Shown in pieces: positions 48,341 through 62,978 of a stretch of 64,000 nt of DNA. Location of the stretch: contig NW_021832864.1 of NCBI RefSeq assembly GCF_006345805.1, positions 33,265 to 97,264 of the forward strand, in the 5' to 3' direction. Source of the DNA: Octopus sinensis (taxonomy: Eukaryota). Position 1 is the first letter of the stretch, and each line of letters starts with the position of its first letter. The position numbers and the translations under genes are program-made. The notes beneath the pieces are model-generated. The model was not told the origin of the DNA and made no database searches. It worked only from the letters and a program-made list of their open reading frames with translations.

Positions 48341-49358
48341 CACCAACAGCAACAGCAGCAGCAATAACAAGAACAGTTGAAACAACTGTAGCAGCAGCAG
48401 TAGCAACAGTGGTAAAAACAAAAACAAGAACTCGAAAAAAAAAACCCAACAAAATTTCAACAACAAAAAGAAACAGACTAAACACACAAACAATATTAAA
48501 GGTTTTGACAGCATTCTCTGTTAACAACAGTTTAAAAATACGCAGCAGTAATTATATATTGGATTGATAAAGAAAAAAAAAAAGCATGCAACAATATTTG
48601 ACGACAACTTCGTCTCTCTCATGAACGAGATCTTGATATATCCCACTGCGATGTCCCCAGACATCATAAATATATACATTCACACAGGATAACATCAGAC
48701 ACGACCAATTAGAACGACGGGAGACATGTGGAAAAGACAGAGCGTCAACAAGAGCGAGACGGAGACACATCAATACACGAAGCGAACTGCCTGGAGGAGA
48801 TGCTGAGTGCTTGGCAGTTAACTCACAGCAAAACTCTTGGAAAATTTCGTGACTAACAAGTTACAGCTACATGCGGGCGTGCGAATGCGCACACACATAC
48901 ATACACACACACACACATACTCACTCACACATATGCGTACATACACATACACGTACGCATTAACACGTATGCACTTACATGCACACACACACACATGTAT
49001 ATGCATAAATACATATACTCATGATGTATAAGGGCATAGAAATACATATATACATACATATATTTGTATCTATATATGAGTGTATATATATATATATATA
49101 TGTACATATATATATATCTAAATATGTACGTATTATATATAAATATATACATATACACACATATCAATCAATCTATCTATATACATCTCTCTCTCCCCCT
49201 CTCTCTATACATATATATATATATGCATATATATGTACATGTGTATATATATATGTACATATATACATCTGTATGTGTGAGTGCATATGTATGTATCTAG
49301 CTAGCTAGCGTTGTATCAATCATGTCTCTTATCTCATTCTCTCTTTGAGCGTCTATAC

Positions 49359-49418
<60 letters not shown>

Positions 49419-49437
49419 CACATACATATACATACAT

Positions 49438-49487
<50 letters not shown>

Positions 49488-49584
49488 TTATATATATATA
49501 TATGAATGTATGTATGTATGTATGTATACGGTTATTTCACACTCGATAGTGTATGTATACACACATACATACATACATGCATAC

Positions 49585-49619
<35 letters not shown>

Positions 49620-49651
49620 GATATATATATAATATATATATTATATTATAT

Positions 49652-49776
<125 letters not shown>

Positions 49777-49790
49777 ATATATATATAATA

Positions 49791-49830
<40 letters not shown>

Positions 49831-50416
49831 TATATATAATATATGTATGTATGTATATGTATGTATGCGGTTATTTCACGCTCGATAGTATATGTATACG
49901 TTTTTAATATCCTTTCTTTAATTTCCTTTCGTGTCTTTTCAAAACATTCTCCTCCAAAGATTACCCCGAACGTCCCCCCCCCCGCCGCTTTAAACCCTTC
50001 TTCGACCGCCCTCACCATCCAACTCATTAACGCTTGTCGTCCTTCTACAAATTTTCCAACACTGACACCTATATATTACCTCAACACAACAACAAACCTT
50101 CACCGCCTGGAAATAGCAACACATTCTGTTCGATATCGAACACCTGGTATGATAGAAGACGTATTACAGGTAAACAAGACAAGGAAGGCTTCTTTCTCCC
50201 TTTCTTTTCTTCTTATTTTTTCCTGTTCTTTTTTTGTCTTACTTCATCAGCGGGCGTCGTATTCCATTGAGATTCCCCATTATACGTTTGTAAGATCATA
50301 CATGCATGCATACATACATGCATGCATACATATGTACATACATACATACATATAAATACATGCATGCATACATACATACATACATATATACACATATATA
50401 CATATACATATATATA

Positions 50417-50454
<38 letters not shown>

Positions 50455-50480
50455 TATATATATGTATATGTATATATGTG

Positions 50481-50514
<34 letters not shown>

Positions 50515-50517
50515 TAT

Positions 50518-50570
<53 letters not shown>

Positions 50571-50628
50571 GCTTAAGTATCTATGTATGTTCATATATCT
50601 ATATATACATATACACAGATAAAAATGC

Positions 50629-50662
<34 letters not shown>

Positions 50663-51932
50663 GTATACCCTCAATATTTCATTGTATTTCATTGAACTCC
50701 TTGCTTTCACATTACAAGACACCCACACAGATACACGCATGCACATACTTATACTACATACTAGAAACAATTTCTATCTCATCTGTGCTTATAGTCACAC
50801 ATCAGACAGAACCACGTACAAACACCTATACATCATCACCCACTACACATAAATTCTTTCTCTATACTCTCTCCCCCTTTCTCCCTCTCTCTCTGTCTGT
50901 TTCTTTCTTTACTCTTTTCTATTTCGCAGTTTACATTTTTCCTTTCCGTATCCAGCGAAAACTATTGAAGACAATTCCAACAGGCAATAGGAAATTCATT
51001 TGATATCAGATATTTGACACAATAGACGACGAAGTGTAATTACAGAGAATGTTATTGCTGAAGAAATGAGCATGTTTCCTTGAGGCCTTTCTTTGAATAA
51101 ATACTATTGATAACTAACGGCTGCTCAAAGCGAATTGGAAACAACAACAACAACAACAACAACAACAGTAACCACAACAACAAGAACAACAACAACGACG
51201 ACGACGACAACAAGAGCAGCAACAACAACAACAACAACAACAGCAACAACAACAGAACACTAACTAACAAACAAGCAAACTGTGGGAAAAACAAAAATAA
51301 AAGGAAAACAAAAAGGTCACTTGCAGATAATAAAGAAACAAATATATCTGGAACGGTGTCATCAGAGGGATACACATACACGCACGTATTAAATGATATA
51401 GTTTGTTTACGATAATACATCCCGACTCTGAGTTTCATAGCCAGAGTTCCTCGACAATTATCGGACGATTAATGCTTCAATCTGTTATTCGAACCTCAGC
51501 GACATATATGCAAAGTTTCCGGTAGTGCATTACAGGTTTGTGAAATAGGTAAAGGACCATAATTCATTACATAGAGTAGAGTAGACATGGAAACAGTGGT
51601 GGCTAAGAAGTGGTCCCAACTCCCCAAAGCCCTGGAACTGCTGAACAAGAGCCCCACTATCGGAAGCAGTTTAAAGTCATGCCCATCACCCAACATACAT
51701 ACGTACATACATACATGCATAATACATACATACATACATACATACATACATACATACATAGATACATACATACATGCATGCAGACATACATGCATGCAGA
51801 CATACATGCATAAATTAATTAAACTCGTATCGACTCTTCACATCGATTAGTATTTAGAAGTTGGTATTCGAAATTTGTAATGTGATTTAACTTAACCTAA
51901 GTTCACAATAATTAGAAACAAATATATACATA

Positions 51933-51994
<62 letters not shown>

Positions 51995-52473
51995 GCAAAT
52001 AAATAAATATTAAACGATGGATGAATGTCAGTTCATTACAGCTGTTTCTAACGCATTTTTTATAATAGTCCAATGAGTGCATCACACCATAGCAAAGAAA
52101 CGGTTTTCATCAGATGATACATAAATTTCAAATAATAAAAGAACAATCCATGAACACAGTTGGGACAAACCTAGACTCCAGTCCAGCTGGCCTATATATA
52201 TGCCTATATATTTGCCTACGTGTGTGTCTTTGTGTTAGTGTTTGTCCCTCCCCCACCGCTGGACAACTGGTGTTGGTGTGTTTACATCTCCGTACCTTAG
52301 CAAGTACTGGGGTCGATCCATTCAACTAAAAATTTTCCAAGGCGGTGCCCTTGCATGGCCGCAGTCTAATGACCGAAACAAATAAACATGAAAAATAAAA
52401 GGTATAGTCCTGGTGGGGGCCTTGTGAGTGAATATGGTTGACGGAAAGTGTGTGAAAGCCTGCGATCTATCTG

Positions 52474-52537
<64 letters not shown>

Positions 52538-52642
52538 CGATCCCTTTTGATCGAAAAACTACGCTACCTTTTTTTTATTTCATCCCCCAAAAGAAAAGCT
52601 CTACCTTGTAACTTGTCCCATCTGTGTGGCCAATAAAGAAAC

Positions 52643-52714
<72 letters not shown>

Positions 52715-52886
52715 ATATCTATCTATCTATCGTTGCTACTATGAAAGAGTGTCATAATTCCAAAACGTTGCTTTTTCAGAAAACGAAAAACATAGTTTCA
52801 CCATTTCATTTCTTTTCACATTAGCAACAGCTTCAGCTTAACAGTAATACTTTATTTGGTGCATAAAATCTTTACTCAATACATGT

Positions 52887-53144
52887 ATGATATTTTCAGA
52901 AATGTTTTTGCAAAACTTGTATGCGGTAAGAAGCTTGATTCACAACCACACGGTTTCGGGTTCAGTCCCACTGCGTGGTGCTTTGGGCAAGTGTCTTCTA
53001 CTATAGCCTCGGGCCGACGAAAACCTTGTGGATTAGGTAGAAAGAAACTGAAAGAAGCCCATCGTATGTGTGTGTATATATATTTGCCTAATGGTGGTTT
53101 TATCTCTAATATAATTTATAATATATATAATATTATATATATTA

Positions 53145-53219
<75 letters not shown>

Positions 53220-53345
53220 GGATTTTGCAAAAAAAAAGAAAAACAAAAGACGAAGACAGGTGTGTAAACAACGAACAGGTGTATTAGTTTAACGCTCGTG
53301 AAGGTGAGAAGGTATTTTACGTTTCGAGCCTGCGCTCTTCAACTG
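52887..53345 (+). repeat. Local ~460 bp duplication, copy 1 (copy 2 at 55290-55875)
   Basis: Unique flank, SINE A head, (TA)n and Penelope-type terminus are co-linear and nearly identical in both copies. Confidence 0.9.
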
Positions 53346-53562
53346 AAAGGAACACGAGAAAATAAACAAGAATTAAAAAAAGCATTAGTGGCTAGCGAGC
53401 GATAACGGCGACAGCCGGACAGAGGTGGCCATATATATATATATATTATATATATATATATATATAATGTTTAGAATGGAGAAAGATAAAGTTATATCTC
53501 TTTACTTTTACTGTTTTCAGTCATTTGACTGCGGCCATGCTGGAGCACCGCATAATATATAT

Positions 53563-53597
<35 letters not shown>

Positions 53598-55602
53598 CTA
53601 TTGTATATATGTGTGTGTGTGTGTGGTGTGTGTGTGTGTGTGTGTTCTTGTATCTGTGTTGTCCCTCGGCATCGCTTGACAAACAGTGTTGGTGTGTTTA
53701 CGGTCCCGTAGCGGTTCGGCAACAGAGACGGATAGAATATATGTTAGGTTTACAAAGAATGAATCCTGTGGTAGATTTTTTCGACTAAAAAACTTTTAAG
53801 GCGGTGCTCCAGCACGGCCGCAGTCAAATGACTTTAACAAGTAAAAGAGTGGAAGAGTATACACACACACACGCGCACGCGCACACACAAAGACATACAT
53901 GAACTAAGTTGTTAGTTATTTGGAGTTGAATTATGCCGCAAAGAATAATTGCTCCTTTTCATTTCTCTACCTCCCGCTTGAACCCTTCACGTTTACCTTC
54001 TACAGGTAGCTCCACAAAATTCTTCTGCCGCACCACGAAAAAATGATGGACTAAATTCGAAACCGTGTACAGTAGGATTATAAAAGTTCATGGATTCACA
54101 CTTTGACAATAAGGCAACAAAATCGATAACAACTAATCGCAAGAACAATAACCACGGCGACCACCACGACTACGACCACGACCACCAACACCATCACTAT
54201 CACCACCACCGCCGCCACCACCACGACTACAACAACAAGAACATTTACAACAACAACAACAACAACAACAACACAAAAAGTAACACCGACAACATGAAAA
54301 CAATAACAATGGAACTATCATAACCTCTCACCGAAGCCTCATTTTTGCAGCCGGCTAGCGGCCATAACACATACAAAGAGAACCATACTGTGTTCGGTAG
54401 TTTGTATAAGTCTTCGATGTAGTATAAACGAATTGTTCTTTGGTTTTTTAGCCCTCGGCCAGCCCAAGGATCAAAGATGTTCTAGCTGTGAATATCTTGT
54501 CTTTTAATTCTAAGACAAACCGTATTCTAGAACGATATTATCTTCAAATACGTCAACATGTAACTTGAATGATATTCGGTGGATAATTCTCGTAGGTAAA
54601 TAAACAGCGTAAAGAATCAAACGTTGGGTCTTGAGGTTTTGATAAATGTGTTCAAATTTATGGCGTGGTTCGGTGGAGAACTTGTGTATGCTCGTCTCTT
54701 TTTATTTAATGTCAGGAAGGCAACAAACTTTTTGAATCGTCGGCGCATCGGACAAAATACTTACCGGCATTTCTTTCACCTCTTTAAGTTTTGATTTCAA
54801 AATTTCGCCGAGGTTGACTTTGCTTTACATCCTTCCGGAGTCAATAGAATAAAGTACCAATCTAGTACTATTAGTGTCAATGTAATCGACTTCCCCATCC
54901 CCTCAAAATTACTGGCCTCGTGCCAAAATAAGGAAGAATTATTTAATCAGACCAAGTGGTGAGCTGGCAAAATCGTGAGAGAGCCGGAATAAATATTTTG
55001 CAGTATGTGTTCTGAATCTCTTGGTTTCGAGCTCAAATGCCTCCAAGGCCAACTCTGCCGTTCATCATTGGGGACTCAATAAAACAGGTACCAGTTGAAT
55101 ACTGGGATCGATACAATCGACTTGTTCCTTTCTCTAAAATTCCTGACCTTGTGCCAAAATTTGATGCTATTAGTATTAACCAGAAGAAAAAGCGGCAGAT
55201 CGGCAGAATCGTTAGAGTGCCGGATAAAAATGCCTTGTAGTATTTGTTTTAATTCTTTATGTTCCCGTTTCAAATCCAGCTGAGGCCAATTGATATTTTC
55301 AGAAATGTTTTTGCAAAACTTGTATCCGGTAAGAAGCTTGATTCACAACCATACGGTTTCGGGTTCAGTCCCACTGCGTGGTGCTTTGGGCAAGTGTCTT
55401 CTACTATAGCCTCGGGCCGACGAAAGCCGTGTGGATTAGGTAGAAAGAAACTGAAAGAAGCCCATCGTATGTGTGTGTATATATATTTGCCTAATGGTGG
55501 TTTTATCTCTAATATAATTATATATATATATATATATAATAGAAATATTAAAATTACTAAGTCTCTCTAAAAGAGAACAGCGGCAGCGTTCCCGGAAAAT
55601 AA

Positions 55603-55689
55603 TAGTTATCGCCTACTAATATGGCATTCTTATAAAAATAAGAATAAAGCTGTCCGCTTATTAGCTCCATATTAGTATGGCGATAACTA
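55603..55689. mobile_element. Small MITE-like element with ~22 bp inverted termini
   Basis: TAGTTATCGCC-TACTAATATGG (55603-55624) vs CCATATTAGTATGGCGATAACTA (55667-55689); part of a ~150 bp insert absent from duplication copy 1. Confidence 0.7.
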
Positions 55690-56429
55690 AATATATATAT
55701 ATATATTATATATATAGATATATTATATATATATATATATATATAGATGGATTTTGCAAAAAAAAAAAGAAAAACAAAAGACGAAGACAGTGTGTAAACA
55801 ACGAAACAGGGTGTTTTAGTTTAACGCTCGTGAAGGTGAGAAGGTCTTTTACGTTTCGAGCCTGCGCTCTTCAACTTTCATCCCAGGAGATTCGATAAGA
55901 AAATGTACCTGAGGCTGATGAAATCACTGATCCATCTCTTCAAAAATTGTTTGTTTTTGTGACTAAATCAAAAGTAAATTATTAAATCAAAGGAGTGGGG
56001 GGACATCACCCATCTTAGCCAAGTGAAACATATGTAGTCAATGTTTAACTTGAGATTCTGCTTGTTGAAGTCCCAGAAACATCACTGACGATGCATCTCT
56101 GAGCATAAGTGAGATGTATGTTAAGAAACTGAAGCAATAAATATCTTTTTGCTTTCACGTGTTGCAGTTTTTAGACTGCAGCCATGCTGTGGCACAACCT
56201 TGAAGAATTTTAGTAAATTTAATCGATCCCAGTGCTTGTTTTAAAAACCTGGTACTTATTCTGTCGGTTTCTATTGCCGAACCGCTAAGTTAAAGGAACG
56301 TAACTACAACACCGGTTGTCAAGCGGTAGTTGGGGGTGCAAACACAAATACAAAGACACACACATAGATATAGGCATAATGTAACTACACACGTGATTTT
56401 TTCCTTCTTTGGACTTTACCATTTTTCCC

Positions 56430-56460
56430 TTCCGACGAAGAGCTATGCTCGAAACGTCAA
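56430..56460 (+). ncRNA. Minimal hammerhead ribozyme-like motif
   Basis: TT CCGACGA A GAG ctatg CTC GAAA CG TC AA; stem I only 2 bp; (TA)n begins ~80 bp downstream. Confidence 0.5.
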
Positions 56461-56552
56461 AAACTCTCTGCATTTATCGAGCATCAAAATAATACATTCC
56501 CTATAGACGTCGTCTTTTTATTGTTAATTTCATTGTTCGTTTATTTTGATTT

Positions 56553-56605
<53 letters not shown>

Positions 56606-56629
56606 ATATATATACTCTTTTTACTCTTT

Positions 56630-57015
56630 TTTTTACTTGTTTCAGTCATTTGACTGCGGCCATGCTGGAGCACCGCCTTTAATCGAGCAACTCGACCCCG
56701 GGACTTATTCTTTTGTAAGCTCAGTACTTATTCTATCGGTCTCTTTTGCCGAACCGCTAAGTAACGGGGATATAAACACATCAGCATCGGTTGTCAAGCG
56801 ATGCTAGGGGGACAAACACCGACACACAAACACGCATATATATACATATATACGACGGGCTTCTTTCAGTTTCCGCCTACCAAATCCACTCACAAGGCTT
56901 TGGTCGGCCCGGCGCTATAGTAGAAGACACTTGCCCAAGGTGTCACACAGTGGGACTGAACCCGGAACCATGTGGTTGATAAACAAGCTACTTACTACAC
57001 AGCCACTCCTGCGCA
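56630..57015 (-). mobile_element. SINE family A, full length, young-looking
   Basis: Close to the reverse complement of 155-622; (TA)n on both sides. Confidence 0.9.
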
Positions 57016-57033
57016 TATAGATATATATATATA

Positions 57034-57089
<56 letters not shown>

Positions 57090-57655
57090 AACACGACGTG
57101 CTTCTTTCAGTTTCCGTCTACGAAATCCACTCACAAGGCTTTGGGACTAAACCAGTAACCAGGTGGCTGGGAAGCAGGATTCTTAGCACACAACCACGCT
57201 GCACCCATATGTATACAGATGTGTGTTTGTGTGTTTGCTTACCTTAATTACATTATGTCTCTTTCTTCTTGCAAACTAGCAGTTTAATAAAAAAGAAAAA
57301 AAAAACGCGCTTGATAAATTAAGCGCGCGGCAGGATCTCTAGCACGAGGTTTGATATAGCTGCCTAAAATTCGTGAAAGTGTGTGTCGTGGTCCCATGGC
57401 TGAAGCCAGTCAATGAATGAAAGTATATATATATATGTATATGTATATCTATAGAGGAATGTCCAAAGGAAGGGAAGACGGAGGAAGAAAATCGCCAACG
57501 ATACACACGCGGTTACATTTTGAAAATGTATGTATGTATGTATATATATATATATATATATCTAGCCAGATAACCGAAGAGATGGTGTTGTGGATTTCCA
57601 CTTCGGCATCTGAAACTCAGAGTTTTATCTTGACTATCGAGTAATGTAACATATT

Positions 57656-57771
<116 letters not shown>

Positions 57772-58059
57772 CCAAACATAGACGCATGAAGCTGAAGAAA
57801 GAAAGATTGTTTTCTTGAAAGTTTCCGAGTTGAGATAAATGTTTATGAATCAATTGATTAAGAGCCAACAGTAAAAGACAACAAAAACAACAACAACAAC
57901 AACGATCAGCATCAGCATCAGTAAAGACAACATGAACAGCAGCCATAACAACAACAACAACAACAATAAAAGCGAGGATAGGGTCAGAAGACTTATTTCT
58001 TTTGTAAATCATTTAATATCAATATTGTCTGTTAAATATCATCTTTGGTAACAGACTAA

Positions 58060-59400
58060 TGCCACGTTGGAATAACGCTGGTGGTGTTGGTTGTTGTAGC
58101 GGTGATGGGTGTTATGGCGATGGTGGTAGTGTTTTGGTTTGGTTTGGTTTGGTGGTAGTAGTGATGGACGCTGTGTTAATGTTGGTGGTGGTGGTAGTGG
58201 TCGGAGTATTGGTGATGATTATTGTGGTAGTGGCTCTCGTTGTTGTGGTGGCGGTGGGAGTGATGGGGTTTGCTGTTTGTTGTTGTAGCAATAGTGTGAG
58301 TTGTAGTAATGGTGGTGGTTGTGGTGATGGAGGTTGTGGTGATGGAGGTTGTGGTGGTGGTTGTGGTGATGGAGGTTGTGGTGATGGCAGTGGTGGTTGT
58401 GGTGATGGATGTTGTGGTGATGGATGTTGTGGTGGTGAAGGTTGTGGTGATGGAGGTTGTGGTGGTGGTTGTGATAGTGGTTGTGATGGTTGTAGCGGTG
58501 ATGATGGTGATGGAGGTTGTGGTGATGGTGGTTGTGGTGATGGATGTTGTGGTGGTAGTTGTGGGTGATGGTGGTTGTGGTGATGGCGGTTGTGGTGATG
58601 GATGTTGTGGTGGTAGTTGTGATGGTGGTTGTGATGGTTGTGGCGGTGATGGCGGTGATGGAGGTTGTGGTGATGGCAGTGATGGTTGTGGTGATGGTGG
58701 TTGTGGTGATGGTGGTTGCGGTAATAGTGGTTGTGGTGGTGGTTGTGGTGGTGGTCGTGATGGCGGTTGTGATGTTGGTGGTAGTTGTGGTGGTAGTGGT
58801 GGTAGTGGTGGTAGTTGTGGTGATGCTGATGGGGGTACCTTGGATGCTTATTTTGGTAGTCTTAGTAGTTGTGTTGGTGGTAGTGGTCTTAGTCTTATTG
58901 GTGGTTGTGGCGATGGTGTTGGTGATAGTGTCGGTCGTTGCAGCAGTGGTACAGATGGAGGATGTAGTGCTGGTGGCAGTGGTAATCGATGCTTACAGTG
59001 GTGGACGTCTTAATGGTATGGACGATGATGATGATTGGCGTACGGCGATGCCTGCTGTGGTGGTGGTCGTAGCCGTGGAGGTAGTGGTAGCAGTGGTGGT
59101 GTGGTGTTGGCCTTGGTATGGTGGTGGATGTTGTGTTTAATGTAATGTTAGCATGATATTGGCATTAGTAGCGGGCGTGGTGCTAGTGTTGGTGGACGTG
59201 ATGTACATGAGGGTGGTGAAGACGGCTGTGGCTGCAGTATAGGCGCTCGGTAGCGGACGTGATAGACATTATAATAGTGTTGGCTGGTCACGTAGTGGTG
59301 GTTGCGGTTGTGGTGGGTGATGACAGATTTTATGGTGAAGGCAATGAGGTTGCTATTGTTGTTGCTGTTGTTGTTGTTGTTGACGTAGTGTTTTTCGGTG
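58060..59400. repeat. GGT/GAT/TGT low-complexity region with a 15 bp minisatellite core (GGTGATGGAGGTTGT)
   Basis: Repeated GGTGATGG(A/T/C)GGTTGT units at about 58320-58730. Confidence 0.85.
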
Positions 59401-60039
59401 GGGGATGGGGCATGTCTGTCTAGGCGAACCTTCGTTTTTGCAGACTTACATTTCCAAGGAAAAGAACTGATATCTATTTTTGAAACGATGTCTCAGGATA
59501 CAAACACAGATGAAGACAAAAAAAATTGACTCACAGAGAAATAAAAAAAAAAAAATCAATAAATATATAGGCGCAGACAGAGCTTTTGTCGATGAGAAGT
59601 TCACTCTGCAATCATGTGGTTTCGGGTTCAGTTCCCACGGCACGGAAAGGAATGAGTTAAAATGGATTGTTTACAAGAGTGTGGAGAAAAAAAAATGCCC
59701 TGGAGAAAACGAAATGAACCACCTGTGATCGCTCCAAAAACCCACCCAGTATTCGAAGAGAAAGTGTGAGTGAATCTAGTAGACGAAAACTGTATGGATG
59801 ACCATCAGACACACACACACGCATACACACACACATACATGTATATATATGCATATATATGTCTATATATATATGCATATATATATATATATATACATGT
59901 AAGAGCATGTATATATGCATATATATATATACATGTATGTACATGTGTATATATATTCATATACATATATATGCATATATATTCATATACATATATACGC
60001 ATTTTGCCCGGCGTGCTAACGTTTCTGCCAACTCGCCGC

Positions 60040-60388
60040 CTATATATATAAACGGCAAAATGTCTGTGTGCGTGTCCTTTATACAAATCCACAATTTTTC
60101 AGTTAGCGGGCTCGCACTTTCTATGGTCATTCAAAACCGTCCAAGGGTGGTCGTGCACAACTTTACATTTCCCCAGTCACCCCGCAAAGCCATTAAAAAA
60201 ATCAATAGAAGTGACTTTTTTGTAAATTTTCTATCCAAAACCCAATCAAAATTCCCGAAACTTGATATGCCAATTGAAAGCTTGCTAGCTGTATGTGATC
60301 GGACAGTACTCGCGTGTATGTGCGCACGCACGCAGCTGTATATGCATGCACTAGCACTATGACCTCGCGTTGCCGGTCATAGTGCTAG
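60040..60388 (+). mobile_element. Non-autonomous Helitron-type element
   Basis: 5' CTATATATATAAA; 3' 13 bp stem TAGCACTATGACC / GGTCATAGTGCTA with 10 nt loop, ending CTAG followed by T. Confidence 0.75.
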
Positions 60389-60446
60389 TATATATATATA
60401 TATATATATATATACTATTAGATATATATTACAGACAGCACATATA

Positions 60447-61712
60447 TTGTGTCATCGCATAAATAATGCGGCTTTTTCAATTGCATGAACTAAAAGTCGG
60501 AGGGGGACGGGATAAACTACCTGCATCAACTTGCTACAAAATCAGGTTGTAATTTAACTTGATATTTATTTTTAGTGCAAAATTTGAAGAGTGCAGTTCG
60601 ATTTTAACAGTTATTTTTTCAAAGCTTTAATAGGAATAACAAAGGCTCATATTCAGCATATCTTGTTTTATGAGTTCAATAAAGGCAACACTGCAACGGA
60701 AAGTGTGAGGAATATTAGTGTAGCATAAGGGGATCGGACAATAAGCGTAAGCCAATGTCAAAGGTGTTTCCAGAAATTCTTAGCCGGAAGCTACAGCATA
60801 GAAGATGAGCCCCGTCCTGGAAGATTTGTAGAGCTCGACGAGGACGCCCTGCAAACCATGGTGGATCAAAATCCCATTATGACTGTCGAGGAACTAGCAG
60901 AGAAGCTTAGATTTGGTCATTCAACCATTCATCAACACCTATTGGGTCAATGGGTTCCTCACAAACTTTCCGAGTCTAATCGCGCGTAGAAAGTGAATGT
61001 GTGCTCTTCTTTGCAGTCACATGTCATGAATGAACCTTTTGTGGACGAAATAGTGATTGATGCCGAGAAATAGGTACTCTATAAAAATGTCAAGCGCCGA
61101 AGATAGAGGGTAGGGAAAGGCAAAACACCGAAACCCCAGGCTAAAAAAGGTCTTCACCCTCGTAAGGTGTTGTTGTCTGTTTGGTGGTATATGAAAGGTT
61201 TAGTTCACTTTGAAATTTAAGACCTTAGTTCACTTTGAACTTTAAGACCCAAACCAAACGATAACAAAAATCACCTTGTGCGGCTTAAGTCAGCGCTAGA
61301 AGGAAAACGACCATCTTTGGTTTCAAGACGAAAAGTGTTCTTCTATCAGGATAAAGCTCGGCCACATACACCAAGGATGACATTCTAAAGGCTTGAGCAG
61401 CTTGAATGGGAAATGATGTTCCACCCCCATATTCGCTGGACATCTGATTGTCATTTATTCCACAGTCTTGAAAATCATTTGGACGGAAAAAATATGAATT
61501 CTGTAGACGAGGTCAGAACAGTACTGGAGGAGTATTTTTCGCCACGGACAAGTGAATTTTGGAAGAGGGGCATTGCAAGACTACCAGATAGATGGAAGAG
61601 CATTGTAGAAAATGAAGGGGAATATATTTTAGATTAAAAAAGAAGTTTGTTTATCACAATTTTGAAAAGTTATTGAAATATAAGAAATCGCTTTATTTAT
61701 GGAATGACTCAG
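60447..61712 (+). mobile_element. Near full-length mariner element (~1.27 kb) with both TIRs and TA TSD; transposase pseudogenised
   Basis: TA|TTGTGTCATCGCATAAATAATGCG ... CGCTTTATTTATGGAATGACTCAG|TA; motifs HILFYEFNKG, EDEPRPGR, QWVPHKL, HPRKVLLSVWW, DKARP, LPDRWKSIVENEGEYILD*; stops and deletions. Confidence 0.92.
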
Positions 61713-61849
61713 TATGTATATATGTGTGTATATATGTATAAATACACACACATCCACACACACACATATATGCACACACACACATATGCACACACATATA
61801 TATATACACACACAGACAGCATTTTATGTTTATTTTAACTTGTAAAGGT

Positions 61850-62978
61850 TTATATTTTCTATTAATTGGCATTTCTTTATGTTTCAGGTTCTATATGTGA
61901 CAGTTTAATGATGCCATGTACAAACGGAGCCTTGGAACTGTCTGAATTTCAAAGAGGGCATATTGTGGGTCATTTTACACAGCGTAAAATTGCAGAAAAT
62001 CTTAGGATCTCGCTTTCTGTTGTTAATATAGTGATTGTGAAATTCACCAGAGAGGGGAAAGAGTTCACATCACCTCGCCATATCAACAAGGGCCATTCTC
62101 TTTGTTTAGAAAAGTGTGGAGGATAATCCTCGTTGCAAGGCCTCTGATATAGTAGAACAAGTTGATATCAGTCCCAGAACAGCAGTCAGGAATCTCCACA
62201 AACTTGGTTACTATGGCAGAGCAGGAAGAAGGAGAAAAGATTGGGCCAGTGAGAGGGTGGAGAGGCCACAAATATTTTGGGACACTGTCATATTCTCTGA
62301 TGAATTCAGATTTGCTGCATTTCTTGACAGTGGTTGAGTGTGGGTCTGGAGACTCTGTGATCATAAATTTGTTGTGAAAAGATTGCAGTCAACAATGACA
62401 CACGGCAGCTATTCTGTGATGGTCTGAGGAGCAATTTGGAGCAATGGTTGATCAGAGCTAGTGAAGTGTGAGGCAAACATAAACTCAGATAAATATGTGT
62501 CCATATTGCAGAAATGACTCCTTTCAATCTTCTCCAGTGGTGAAATGATTAAAGAAGACTCCTTATTTATGGAAGATGGGGCTCCTTGTTACACGGCTAA
62601 AATGACCCAAGATTTGTTGGATGAGAATGGTATTAAAAAGCTTCCACGGCCAAGCCAGTCACCAGATATGAACCCTATTAAACACCCCTGGAACAATGGA
62701 CAGGACACTTCATTAAAAGAACAAGAAAGCATCTTCAAACCAAATCTTTTGAGATTACAACCTGAAACTTGGCAAGAAACTCCGCGAGAGAATATTCGTC
62801 ATCTGATCAGTAATATACCTAATAAGGTACTTGCATGGAAAAAATGCAAAAGGTATGTCTACTGAATATTAAATATTCACATTGTATCAATTGATAACTA
62901 ATTTGAATGCATAATTTCAGAATTAAATAAATTTTAATGATTATAAGGGTGTTTATTTACTTCTTTCATGTCCGTACA
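61850..62978 (+). mobile_element. Tc1-family transposon, decayed
   Basis: MPCTNGALELSEFQRGHIVG..., VIFSDEFRF, FMEDGAPCYTAK, PSQSPDMNPIK (FSDE / DGA / SPD.NPIE triad, last residue mutated). Confidence 0.88.

Noticed and set aside
48640-48800. Possible coding exon (DNIRHDQLERRETCGK...)
   Set aside because: Weak splice signals, no recognisable homology, no partner exon.
51480-51690. ETVVAKKWSQLPKAL... as a CR1 3' end with (TACA)n tail
   Set aside because: Similarity is too short and weak to call by eye; needs a profile search.
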